IMG/VR virus record: IMGVR_UViG_3300001525_000065
Location: 45,712 to 109,711 of that record
Reading direction: 5' to 3' (one strand)
Length of the DNA: 64,000 nucleotides
Origin: a virus
Taxonomy: Duplodnaviria; Caudoviricetes
This document shows positions 49,484-58,633 of this stretch, one piece after another (positions within the stretch are counted from its first letter, which is position 1; each line of letters opens with the position of its first letter). The translations under genes and the position numbers were made by a program. The notes beneath the pieces are model-generated. The model saw nothing but the letters and a program-made list of their open reading frames with translations. It searched no databases and was not told the DNA's origin.

Positions 49484-49751
49484 ATACCTCTGCTATGCTC
49501 ACAAGCGGATAGTAAAATCCGAGTTCATCAGAGACAATAGTGAATGAAGGATCTTCATCATCCAGATATACCTCTTTGATTATCTGATCAGTATTCAGAT
49601 ATTTCATCATAGACTCAACGATTATTGGGCTAGTCATGATCCATCCAAGATTGCCAGATACATCATATTCATATGCATATGCAGCACATAATTCTTCGAC
49701 AGATTTCAGTCTAACTCTAGCACCTTTATAAAGTTCCATTGTTTCATTCAC
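49473..49751 (-). CDS. hypothetical protein
   Basis: Paralogous module to the preceding gene. Confidence 0.55.
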   Translation of the reverse strand: MNETMELYKGARVRLKSVEELCAAYAYEYDVSGNLGWIMTSPIIVESMMKYLNTDQIIKEVYLDDEDPSFTIVSDELGFYYPLVSIAEVYDD

Positions 49752-49949
49752 CCCTCTTCAATTCCTTCTGAACTTCATCCTCAAGTACCATAAGATAGTG
49801 AATGATCTGTGAAGCATCTGAGTAGCTCAATACATCTCCAGGGATCTCACTTACTTTCTTTATAGATTCAGAGATGGCTTTGAGAGCAGACTTTCTAGCT
49901 TCTGTAGAATAATACATCATAATTATTTATCCTCCATTCATCTTACTGA

Positions 49950-49983
49950 ACTAGACTCGTTTAGTGATTATGGATTACTCGGA
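49950..49983 (-). promoter_or_regulatory. phage-specific promoter GAGTAAT-N14-CGAGTCTAGT
   Basis: Followed closely by a GGAGG SD and ATG. Confidence 0.75.
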
Positions 49984-50511
49984 TAAATTCAATTTGCCCC
50001 ATGTAAACTCAGGATGATTCACTATGAAAGGTATAACTACCTCATCTATAGCATGACATGCTGCATCGTTAGTAGCGAAGTATACATTATCTGTACAATG
50101 AGTTGTATCACAAGAAACCACATATTCCTTAGTAAAAGGCATAGTGTCACTATAATTACACTTCAGAATGTAGTAATGATAATTAGACCCATTCCAATCT
50201 TGTCTATCTATTACATCATTATCATAAGCGTACTTGAGCAATTTACGATACAGAAGTTGATGAAGAGCTACTTGTTCTGCAGCTTTCTCAGAAGAAAAGT
50301 AATTACAATTATCATAATTGTTATCATCTTCTGACTCATGAATGTCTATATTACTGGATGCTTCGTCACCTACATTTATCAGCCAATACTGATCATCTTC
50401 ATCTCTATGTCCAAATGGATTAGCTATCCCGAATAGCTTCTTAATATCACGAATCTTATCAGAGCTATCTATCTCATACTTAGTACCATTAATCATAACA
50501 TAATTATCCAT
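49975..50511 (-). CDS. hypothetical protein
   Basis: NYFS.E.A…L.RKL…DW…YYI…VYF…A..AI pattern. Confidence 0.55.
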   Translation of the reverse strand: MDNYVMINGTKYEIDSSDKIRDIKKLFGIANPFGHRDEDDQYWLINVGDEASSNIDIHESEDDNNYDNCNYFSSEKAAEQVALHQLLYRKLLKYAYDNDVIDRQDWNGSNYHYYILKCNYSDTMPFTKEYVVSCDTTHCTDNVYFATNDAACHAIDEVVIPFIVNHPEFTWGKLNLSE

Positions 50512-50514
50512 AAC

Positions 50515-50877
50515 TTAATACCTCCATGAATCATCTAAAATGCTACTCAATGACTTATCTCTATCATCAAGCATCTTGATCATCAACTTATTGTATGAAT
50601 CTGAATAAGGCTCATCTAAGAAATCTTCTACATCAGCACCTACTGTAAAGAATGAATCTATAAGGTGCTGATTACTTATAACCTTATTATTCATCTTCAA
50701 TCTCAAATTTCTTACTTCATTCCACCATGTCTACATCTCAGAAATATGATGGTGACAAAGCTCCTCATTATCCCTAGGCAACTCAGCATACTGAGTTATG
50801 AACTGCCTACCATATCCCTGACATATCATTAATGCTCTATTGAGAGTATATGTCATTCCATTGATAATTGCCTTCAT
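50515..50877 (-). pseudogene. gene interrupted by one in-frame TAG (50733-50731)
   Basis: MKAIINGM…HHISEM*TWWNEVRNLRLK…; the frame is open on both sides of the amber codon. Confidence 0.55.
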
Positions 50878-50885
50878 GCCATTTC

Positions 50886-51191
50886 TCACTTATTCATAAG
50901 CAGATTCTTGATCTCATTAAGATACTCAATGAATACATCTTCCATAGATCCAGGTTTAATTTTACCTTCCATCAGTGCTACTATGTCATAAGGATCATAA
51001 GTAGTAGGAGTAGTAGGAACTGAGACATCACAAGTAACAGCAAATCGATAAGCACCATCAGATGATTTAGAAATAATAAATGAAGGATACTTCTTATGAG
51101 GGTACCATACTCCATCCATCATTTTACCAGAACTATCACATATGAATTCTGATACTACTGCTTCTTCATTAATTATTGATTTATTTATCAT
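50886..51191 (-). CDS. hypothetical protein
   Basis: SD GGAGG, downstream of a phage promoter. Confidence 0.55.
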   Translation of the reverse strand: MINKSIINEEAVVSEFICDSSGKMMDGVWYPHKKYPSFIISKSSDGAYRFAVTCDVSVPTTPTTYDPYDIVALMEGKIKPGSMEDVFIEYLNEIKNLLMNK

Positions 51192-51222
51192 TGTTAATAA
51201 CCTCCATTATTTATCATGACAA

Positions 51223-51253
51223 ACTAGACTCGTTAGTAGTACGTTAATTACTC
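51223..51253 (-). promoter_or_regulatory. phage-specific promoter motif
   Basis: GAGTAAT-N14-CGAGTCTAGT before the SD of 50886..51191. Confidence 0.75.
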
Positions 51254-51850
51254 TGATTCTGAGTACTTCCATGTATCTGTAATTATCTCATCTATAGGTT
51301 TAAATCTATCAGTTAGCATCTGAATCATTAGACTGCAATATGATGGACAATACTCACCTAAGTACTCATCTATAGATAAGTCAGAATCAGAAATACCTTT
51401 ACTGAAGAAATATCTTATGAGATACATATTACTTCTAAGCTCATGAGTTATCGTGGATCTCATATCCTTTACAGTATTCCATAAAGTCTGCATTCTACTC
51501 AGATGATATTCTAGATCATGATCAGTAGCAAGAGCTTTATATTCTTCTATGAATTCAGTACCTAGCACGATGCATAGCTTATTTATCATCTCAGTCTTAT
51601 CCATATATTCTTTATCATGCTGTACTGCAGATCTTAACATATCATTGAACTCTTCATGAGTAGGAGGAAGATCATCCTCATCAATACCTGCTAAAGCGCA
51701 TAGCAGATGGATGTCTGACCAGAGTAGACGTTCATTATAGGTATAATCATCCATCTCAGATGTAGAAAGAGCAGATGAAGTAAAGAATCCTGCTAGACCT
51801 GCTAATGGTATTATTAGGATTAGCCATAGTGCATTAATCATGTTGTGCAT
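51248..51850 (-). CDS. membrane-anchored hypothetical protein
   Basis: N-terminal hydrophobic helix. Confidence 0.5.
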   Translation of the reverse strand: MHNMINALWLILIIPLAGLAGFFTSSALSTSEMDDYTYNERLLWSDIHLLCALAGIDEDDLPPTHEEFNDMLRSAVQHDKEYMDKTEMINKLCIVLGTEFIEEYKALATDHDLEYHLSRMQTLWNTVKDMRSTITHELRSNMYLIRYFFSKGISDSDLSIDEYLGEYCPSYCSLMIQMLTDRFKPIDEIITDTWKYSESE

Positions 51851-52631
51851 CCTCCATTTTCTTCAGTTTAGATTTCAGCAATGAGTATGTATTCTGCAAT
51901 GACCTCTTAGTAGAATATCCATAAAACTCCATCATAGATTCTGCACTATTATTCTCATAATCATCTATGAATTGTATCATGGATTCCTTAGTCCATTTAG
52001 CTCTAGATTTCTTATTAGAAGGCAGTGCATTTACTTTATTATCTTTAGAAGGTTTTGATACATCTGATCGTGAATCACTAGGAGTTATATCGGGTATTTC
52101 AATGGGATTATGTATAAATTCATTAGCAATATCTTTGTACGAATCTATACAATTCTGCTTCATGCTAGCCACCATTGTCTGAATCTTACGATACTCAGAG
52201 ATAAGAGATCTCATCTCTATAACTTCCTTCTCACGCATGATATATCTATCAGACATACCTAGCGCAATAAGCATAGCGGACTCTACATCTTCCAGTACAT
52301 GAGGGCTTACTGTAGCTATGTATGATTCAAGCATCTCTTGAGAGAGATTAGTAGGCTTATTACAAATAATACGAGATGCAGAACCATTGAGCATGATAGT
52401 TACATGAACTGAGAGATCTTTCACTACAGATGTAAGTGGGAGACCTATCACATCTGAAGATGAGAAATTACCTGCGTCACTGCTAATTATCAGATAAGGT
52501 CTGCACTTTGTGTAATTAGGATTATGACCATACTTATCTAGAATAGACTGATCAGCTTCTGCATACCAGATCTGACCTCTAGTAGCTTTAGATGACTGAT
52601 TCATGCTTATCCTCCTCAGAGCTTTATGCAC
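51834..52631 (-). CDS. PemK/MazF-family domain protein
   Basis: RGQIWYA…K.RP.LIIS…N…VI.LPLTS…V..A….LG, followed by a C-terminal extension. Confidence 0.75.
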   Translation of the reverse strand: MHKALRRISMNQSSKATRGQIWYAEADQSILDKYGHNPNYTKCRPYLIISSDAGNFSSSDVIGLPLTSVVKDLSVHVTIMLNGSASRIICNKPTNLSQEMLESYIATVSPHVLEDVESAMLIALGMSDRYIMREKEVIEMRSLISEYRKIQTMVASMKQNCIDSYKDIANEFIHNPIEIPDITPSDSRSDVSKPSKDNKVNALPSNKKSRAKWTKESMIQFIDDYENNSAESMMEFYGYSTKRSLQNTYSLLKSKLKKMEDAQHD

Positions 52632-52840
52632 TGGATGGAATCATCATTCTTGATGTATCTATGGAAGAATGAGCCAATGCTAGGTGCATTGATCAGAGAC
52701 TCGTAAGTGAATTTATTCACATGCAGATAGAGATAAGTAGCGCCTCCATGGAATCTTACTTTGAGTACTCCATCAGAATATCCTATGTGCGATATCTGAG
52801 TACTATTTACCTGATTGGATTCAATAATTGTAGTAGACAT
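52616..52840 (-). CDS. KTSC domain protein
   Basis: V.S..I..IGY….L.V.F..G..Y.Y..V….Y..L..A.S.G.FF…IK. Confidence 0.9.
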   Translation of the reverse strand: MSTTIIESNQVNSTQISHIGYSDGVLKVRFHGGATYLYLHVNKFTYESLINAPSIGSFFHRYIKNDDSIQCIKL

Positions 52841-52871
52841 TTATGTATTCTCCTTATTAAAATCTTTCTGA

Positions 52872-52902
52872 ACTAGACTCGTATATGAGCACCAATTACT
52901 CG
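52872..52902 (-). promoter_or_regulatory. phage-specific promoter motif
   Basis: CGAGTAAT-N13-CGAGTCTAGT before the KTSC gene. Confidence 0.75.
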
Positions 52903-52913
52903 TAAAATCACAT

Positions 52914-53034
52914 AACGTCTCTAGAGCTTCTAGAACGTCCTAGAGACGTCTTTGATGTTAAGAGGGCAACTGTGCCCCTGCATGTACTAACGAGGTCTAG
53001 AGAGTCTCTAGACGTGCTAGAGCACTAAGTGAAC
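52914..53034. repeat. ~120-bp dispersed palindrome, copy 6
   Basis: Same family. Confidence 0.85.
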
Positions 53035-53056
53035 CTTATTAGCAATCGAATTTCAC

Positions 53057-53383
53057 TCAACTGTCAATGTAATCATGGAAGTCGGGATCATCTTCAATCT
53101 CCTCGTACCACTTATCAAGATCAACGCCAATCTCTTCAAGTAGCTTAGAACAGATCCATGGAATGTCTGATCTACCCATAGAATATCTATCTTTCAATCT
53201 CTTATGCTCTTTGATATACATATCCCAAAATCTCTTGAGACGTATCTTACCCCATCCAGTCATTCTATGTAATACCCATAGAACTGTAGCATCATAATCC
53301 TTGGCATACTGATCGCTAACTCGGATTACTTCTTTACTTATTTCATCTTGCATTATCTTCTTAGCATTATATCTAGCTTTCAT
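53057..53383 (-). CDS. hypothetical protein
   Basis: LH…GWG..RL.RF motif common in Firmicute phages. Confidence 0.55.
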   Translation of the reverse strand: MKARYNAKKIMQDEISKEVIRVSDQYAKDYDATVLWVLHRMTGWGKIRLKRFWDMYIKEHKRLKDRYSMGRSDIPWICSKLLEEIGVDLDKWYEEIEDDPDFHDYIDS

Positions 53384-53391
53384 CTGAATAC

Positions 53392-53799
53392 CTACTTAAT
53401 CAAGAAATTGTAATGACTACCTTGAGTCTCATCATTGCATTCAATCTCAATATCCAACTTCTGAATCTCATACTCTTTGATAATGGCATCTATAATCTTA
53501 GGTGTATTGCACAAGTGATGTATATGAATATATGCAATACCCTCATAAATGGCAACTCGACCTCTTGGATAATAGTCATAAGGTTTATCACTTGGAGTAG
53601 CTCTCCATACATTCTTATGAGTCCTGCTACTCTTTATTGAATTATCAATAACCATGCCATGATAATCAGTAGGATATCTTGTAGAGATCAAGTGAAAATC
53701 TCCATGAAGCATATCTTTAACTGAATTGCATTCTATCCAGAATGGACCTGAATAGTATAGATCCTCATCTCTTCTTATTTCTGATAAATTATCCATCAT
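53392..53799 (-). CDS. hypothetical protein (paralog of 32723..33139)
   Basis: GPFW, H..VW and PYDYYPRGRV motifs. Confidence 0.6.
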   Translation of the reverse strand: MMDNLSEIRRDEDLYYSGPFWIECNSVKDMLHGDFHLISTRYPTDYHGMVIDNSIKSSRTHKNVWRATPSDKPYDYYPRGRVAIYEGIAYIHIHHLCNTPKIIDAIIKEYEIQKLDIEIECNDETQGSHYNFLIK

Positions 53800-53801
53800 T
53801 A

Positions 53802-54092
53802 CTACTCAGTTATCTTATCGTAATCAAGATCTCCAGAGAGTGAGACGACTGCGCCATTGAAATAGCATACATAGGGGACCTTATCTCTACGCTTTATGTA
53901 GAGTGCAAGCTTCTCATCTTGAAGATCACGAAGATCAAAGCTATTACTGGAATAGTAGTCCACAATAGCATCATCAATTGCTATTGACTCAACTGACTTA
54001 GGCACTGCAACAAAAATCAAAGAATGTAGTCCGATTCTCTCAGCCACCATAGCCTTATTCTCTACAATCTTTCTTACTTCAGTTCTAGTCAT
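53802..54092 (-). CDS. hypothetical protein
   Basis: SD AAGGAG. Confidence 0.5.
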   Translation of the reverse strand: MTRTEVRKIVENKAMVAERIGLHSLIFVAVPKSVESIAIDDAIVDYYSSNSFDLRDLQDEKLALYIKRRDKVPYVCYFNGAVVSLSGDLDYDKITE

Positions 54093-54293
54093 AATTATTT
54101 ACTCTCCTTACTTTCATTTATTATGTGAACAATCTTGGGAAGAACATCATTTATGGCATTTGCTACAATACCCTTTTCTGTATTATTTCCATCAGTGTAG
54201 TACATATTACGATAATAATTCAATATCTGAACGCTATTCATACCTGCATAATCCTCAAGATTCACATTCAGTTCTCTCCATTCATCTTACTGA

Positions 54294-54326
54294 ACTAGAC
54301 TCGCTCAGTTGCAGCTTATTACTCGG
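54294..54326 (-). promoter_or_regulatory. phage-specific promoter motif
   Basis: CCGAGTAAT-N14-CGAGTCTAGT. Confidence 0.75.
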
Positions 54327-54386
54327 ATAATAAATATTAAATTAGTCTAGCAACTCATAAGAATCACTAGACTAATTATTACTGGA

Positions 54387-55658
54387 TCACATACCAAATA
54401 CTCTATGTCTAATTTCTTCAGATCTTATTACATTCCATGCTTTATCAAAATTGATAGTCATGATTGATGGTACTTTATTATGCATCTCTATAAGAGTATG
54501 ACCAGTGCAGAGCATGATCCTAGTAAATCTTCGTACTCCTATGCCAATACTTATAGTCTCGGGGTCAAATGACTCAAATACTGGATTAGACCCATGTTCC
54601 TCCGATAAGAATTCATCTACTGGCATGTCCTTATACAATTCACCATCTTTAGTTTTATAAAACTTAGCTGCTCTAGTATCCATTTCATCAGATTCTGGAT
54701 CCCTGCAAATAGTCACATACTCTATGTCTAGTTTATTCTTATAATCATATGTGAACTTATAAATAATGTCATACCAATCGAATCCTGCACTACTTATTCT
54801 GAACCACATAGTAGGATTACCACGTTTAGTATCATATTGTCCACCGAATCTTGCTCTGCAGAACTGCTGATTCAGTGACTTGAGTACTTTACTCTCTACT
54901 TCATCAAAGTCAATAGACTCTAGCCATTTCAAATTATCAGCTACTGATGCAGGATGCTCAACTGAATTATATATTTTCATGTAGTCACTGATACTAAGTG
55001 GATACTTAATGTATTCAGGATACTCACGTAGATAATCTGATAGTACCTTTTTCATATCAAATGAATCTTCTTCATCAATATCTTCAAGTAGCGAAGTCAT
55101 CCAATAGATAATTACTTGCTTCATATAATCTTTATCTCTAGAATTAGTAGATATTATAAATGAAGCAATATCAGCCAGTGATACCCAATCTCCATCTGAA
55201 TAGAGATGCACTTCTACAGGGAATGCATGACCATCATTTCGTAACATCCATGCAGTAGCATTACTGTTAGTAAAGGATTCTAGAATTCTTATGGGTACAC
55301 CTGGATCTCTTGCGATTACTTCAAAATTCTTCAAATCACTTGGAGTCAGATGCGCTACTACCTTGTATGTCCATGACATAGGTACAGTCGCTACATCACT
55401 AGCAGCAATGGTTCCTTCCTGACTCATTCCTGCTTCTTTCCACTCTACTGGAGTATAGTATGCATGATTAGGAAGCTTAGCTCTACTTAAATTAGTAGTC
55501 ATGGGATATATAAGCATCTCATGACCCATTATTCTACGGACAAGCCATGGATGATTTAGATTTAAGATCTTCTGAGCTATTGGTCTATTAAAATGAGCTA
55601 CTTGCTGATCAAGAATTAGAACATCTCCTACTCTAACAGTTTTACTCATCGATCTCAC
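54387..55658 (-). CDS. protein with an N-terminal PemK-like domain
   Basis: VGDV….HPWLV….LIYPMTT….EWKEAG pattern. Confidence 0.5.
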   Translation of the reverse strand: MRSMSKTVRVGDVLILDQQVAHFNRPIAQKILNLNHPWLVRRIMGHEMLIYPMTTNLSRAKLPNHAYYTPVEWKEAGMSQEGTIAASDVATVPMSWTYKVVAHLTPSDLKNFEVIARDPGVPIRILESFTNSNATAWMLRNDGHAFPVEVHLYSDGDWVSLADIASFIISTNSRDKDYMKQVIIYWMTSLLEDIDEEDSFDMKKVLSDYLREYPEYIKYPLSISDYMKIYNSVEHPASVADNLKWLESIDFDEVESKVLKSLNQQFCRARFGGQYDTKRGNPTMWFRISSAGFDWYDIIYKFTYDYKNKLDIEYVTICRDPESDEMDTRAAKFYKTKDGELYKDMPVDEFLSEEHGSNPVFESFDPETISIGIGVRRFTRIMLCTGHTLIEMHNKVPSIMTINFDKAWNVIRSEEIRHRVFGM

Positions 55659-56574
55659 CCCAATCCCATTCGAACTGTTCCTTTGTCATCCTACCTTCTT
55701 CAAGGCATTTCTTATCATATTCATACATCTCAGTAAGAATATCTCCAACTCTTCTAGTTCTAGCATTATCACAAGACAAGCCTGCAGAAATATTCATGAA
55801 TCTTGACACTACTGCATCAGCTCTTTCACTCTCGCCTTCTTTGAGAAGAACCTCATCGCAGAGCTTCTCAAGTCGATTAACCTCTGATACACATGCATCA
55901 TCATTGCTGAAATCTTCATAGCAGGTGTATCGACTAGGATTCATATCTGTAACCTCAGATATGAAAGGATGTACTTTAGCAGTAGTAGAGATCTTCTCGA
56001 ACTCTCTAGCATCATAAGGAGTAATAGAGCCATATTTCTTATCTGCATGAGATACCAATGTATTTACTTGATCACTAGCATTAACTACTGCTAACTGATC
56101 CAATCCAGACTTCTCCCAATCTCTCAAAGTGTATCCATATATGCGGTCAGGATCATCAATCTTATAATTATATATTGGATGAAGATACATCAGATTCTCA
56201 TCAGCATACACAACAAGCCATGGATGCATAACCTGATGATGAGTATCAGATGCAGGATGATAATAAGTAGTTTTATCAGGAATAAGAGAGATAATATCTC
56301 CTATCTGGACATCATTATTCTGTATCTTATGACCTCTGCTGCTATCTATCCACTGATAATCCTCTTCCTTATCAAATCCTGAAGCGCATCTTGAGTACTG
56401 TCGATAACCATCTTCCTTGATCAGTTTCTCAAGAGCTTTGAATCTGCCGCAATAGAATTCTGCATGACAGGATCTTCTGAGCAGCTCTTTCATGATTTCT
56501 ACTGCATTCTCACCCTTAGGATTCTCATCCAAATACTTCTCGCATTCAATCAGCCTATCCTTAGCTACACTCAT
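55642..56574 (-). CDS. protein with a central PemK-like domain
   Basis: IGDI….HPWLVV….LHPI….DWEKSGL; paralogous to the previous gene's N-terminus. Confidence 0.5.
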   Translation of the reverse strand: MSVAKDRLIECEKYLDENPKGENAVEIMKELLRRSCHAEFYCGRFKALEKLIKEDGYRQYSRCASGFDKEEDYQWIDSSRGHKIQNNDVQIGDIISLIPDKTTYYHPASDTHHQVMHPWLVVYADENLMYLHPIYNYKIDDPDRIYGYTLRDWEKSGLDQLAVVNASDQVNTLVSHADKKYGSITPYDAREFEKISTTAKVHPFISEVTDMNPSRYTCYEDFSNDDACVSEVNRLEKLCDEVLLKEGESERADAVVSRFMNISAGLSCDNARTRRVGDILTEMYEYDKKCLEEGRMTKEQFEWDWGEIDE

Positions 56575-56780
56575 ATCTTACCTCCATCATTCTCATAGCT
56601 ATTCAGCACATACAATGCAGCAGAAATAGCTTTATCGATCTCATCCAAATTACCTGACTTCCTAGCTTCTCTACAATCATCAGATAACTTACTCACAACT
56701 TCATTGTATGACTTGCATAACTTATATGATTTCATATATGACATATATCTCATTGTCCTTTCTGTACTAGACTCGTGCAC
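56571..56780 (-). CDS. hypothetical protein
   Basis: Short ORF after a phage promoter; true start is probably MRYMS. Confidence 0.45.
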   Translation of the reverse strand: MHESSTERTMRYMSYMKSYKLCKSYNEVVSKLSDDCREARKSGNLDEIDKAISAALYVLNSYENDGGKI

Positions 56781-56798
56781 TTAGTATGAATAACTCGG
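56766..56798 (-). promoter_or_regulatory. phage-specific promoter motif
   Basis: CCGAGTTAT-N14-CGAGTCTAGT. Confidence 0.7.
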
Positions 56799-56856
56799 AT
56801 AAATTAATAATGAGACTAACTATTTCAATTAGTCTCATTCTATTACTCAATATAAC

Positions 56857-57288
56857 TTAGATGCTCTCATGACAATATCCATCATCAGTAGTATAATAGA
56901 TATCTCTGATTCCTAGATCCTTGATAAGAGCCATACAACTCTTACAAGGTCTTGACTTACCGAGTGTATGATCCATCTTCTCACGATACATAAATAACTT
57001 TACCTTAGAAAAGTCAATAGATCTATTATTTATCAAAGGAGATAAAGCTGCTACTTCTGCATGCATCTTATGAGGAGAATCTTCATTGAACCTGAGTCGA
57101 TTATACTTCTGCTGCAATGGGTTAGTCTTATTAGAATTATACCCACTGCTGATGATTCGATGCCCTTGTACAACTACACATCCAATTTTCACTCTTGACT
57201 TAGTGTATGTATTACTATATGTAGATAACTCACTTACTCTCTTGGCTATCTCAAATAATGACTTCTGAGCTTTAGACAAATCAGACAT
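56857..57288 (-). CDS. cytidine / dCMP deaminase-family protein
   Basis: IG.V…IIS.G.N, HAE and PC..C zinc motifs. Confidence 0.85.
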   Translation of the reverse strand: MSDLSKAQKSLFEIAKRVSELSTYSNTYTKSRVKIGCVVVQGHRIISSGYNSNKTNPLQQKYNRLRFNEDSPHKMHAEVAALSPLINNRSIDFSKVKLFMYREKMDHTLGKSRPCKSCMALIKDLGIRDIYYTTDDGYCHESI

Positions 57289-57392
57289 CGGTAGTCATCT
57301 CCATAATAAATATCAAGTTCGATAGTCTTTCCTGTCAGTCATCAATTGCTACTCAGTTTATAAGGTCGTATGGAATTGAGAATCAGTAGACC

Positions 57393-57471
57393 TGGTGGAA
57401 CTTATAGGACTCGAACCTATGACCTTCCATGCATACCCACAGGTGGCTCTACCGAACTGAGCTAAAGTTCC
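57393..57471 (-). tRNA. tRNA-like RNA with an aberrant anticodon arm (isotype undetermined)
   Basis: Perfect acceptor stem GGAACTT/AAGTTCC, D arm GCTC/GAGC, T arm ATAGG-TTCGAGT-CCTAT and encoded CCA. The anticodon arm is non-canonical. Confidence 0.75.
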
Positions 57472-57709
57472 ATAGCAATCTCAGGCTGCTCATCCATTCA
57501 GATGCTAATTAAGGTACGATACGTGATACCACCTGAGATATAAGTTGCTTGTCTCTCCAAGCTGCCACGTTGATACTTAATGCACTGCTTGATCACCACA
57601 ACGTTTATACCGACCACATTCTCCGTGTGCACTTGAATAGTAGCTTGATATCCTGCTCATTGTCTACTAGGTCCTCTATGTCAGGTTGGACGAATGGTAC
57701 AAGAAGCTA

Positions 57710-58120
57710 TTAATAGCTTTCAAGTCGAAATTTGTTAATGGTAGGCTGAATTTCACTATTGAACTGACGATAAGTCTCAATGTCTATGCCAGACAACTCT
57801 TCAATTAAGCGCTCAAGGACATCCTGACCAGACTCAAGAGCTTCATCAAATGATGAAAAGTCAACTGCTGCATACTCGCTTGACACAGAACCATCTTCAC
57901 TGCCCATAACAATGCTAAATGCATAAGAGTCCTCATCTTCTATAGGAGCGACTACAAGATCTACATAAACTGGAGAATGCGGAGGATTCTTCAATTCCTC
58001 TATGAAGTTGAGTATTCTTGACTCTTCTGCTTCGCTCCCAAATAGTTGATAAGCCTCTCGCTCATACTCATTTAGCTTTCTGAATTTTGTTTCATTGAAT
58101 TCCATTTTGATGAACCTCAT
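57710..58120 (-). CDS. acidic hypothetical protein within the tRNA cluster
   Basis: ORF between tRNAs. Confidence 0.5.
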   Translation of the reverse strand: MRFIKMEFNETKFRKLNEYEREAYQLFGSEAEESRILNFIEELKNPPHSPVYVDLVVAPIEDEDSYAFSIVMGSEDGSVSSEYAAVDFSSFDEALESGQDVLERLIEELSGIDIETYRQFNSEIQPTINKFRLESY

Positions 58121-58146
58121 TCAATTTATTTCACTATTGTGAATTC

Positions 58147-58232
58147 TGGTGGAGATAGAGAGATTCGAACTCTCATGCTCTAGGAGCAAAGGCTTCTAAG
58201 ACCTTCATGTCTACCAGTTCCATCATATCTCC
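58147..58232 (-). tRNA. tRNA-Leu(UAG)
   Basis: Acceptor GGAGATA/TATCTCC, anticodon arm AAGGT-CTTAGAA-GCCTT, long variable arm, GAGAG-TTCGAAT-CTCTC, A73 and CCA. Confidence 0.92.
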
Positions 58233-58370
58233 ATAGGTGCCAGATTTTAACTTACACAAGATCTGACTAACTTGTGATGCAATCACCTTCATCCTCTCAC
58301 TAAGAGTAGGAGCCTATTGAAGTTTGCACGTATCAATAGGTTATTAATCAGAGATTATCCATCTCGCTGA

Positions 58371-58403
58371 ACTAGACTCGTTCAGTGATTACGGATTACT
58401 CGG
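58371..58403 (-). promoter_or_regulatory. phage-specific promoter motif upstream of tRNA-Leu
   Basis: CCGAGTAAT-N14-CGAGTCTAGT. Confidence 0.75.
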
Positions 58404-58633
58404 ATTATTATGTGACATGACCCATCTGACCTAGATACCAATAATTTTATCACGGACAAAGATAAAACGAATGAAAGGATGGGAAAAGTTGGTTCGTATG
58501 ACTAAAGAAGGACGGAGTTTGTTTCCATGAAACAAGGAGAATTTCAATGGGCTTAGGCTTGCTGTATCATGGAGCTCGAGTCATGTCTTAATGAGCTTTT
58601 AGAGAAGAAAATGACAAAACTTCTCAAGGCTGA

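Noticed and set aside
1700-53034. Palindromic repeats as a CRISPR array or terminators
   Set aside because: They are dispersed single copies of ~120 bp with no spacers, no U-tails, and occur in both orientations.
57320-57392. HDV-like (theta) or hammerhead ribozyme after the tRNA 3' end
   Set aside because: I could not assemble P1.1 and J4/2, or a CUGANGA/GAAA core with matching stems.
57425-57440. Aberrant tRNA read as tRNA-Cys(GCA) serving the terL hop
   Set aside because: UGCA is present, but the flanks do not pair to place it in an anticodon loop.
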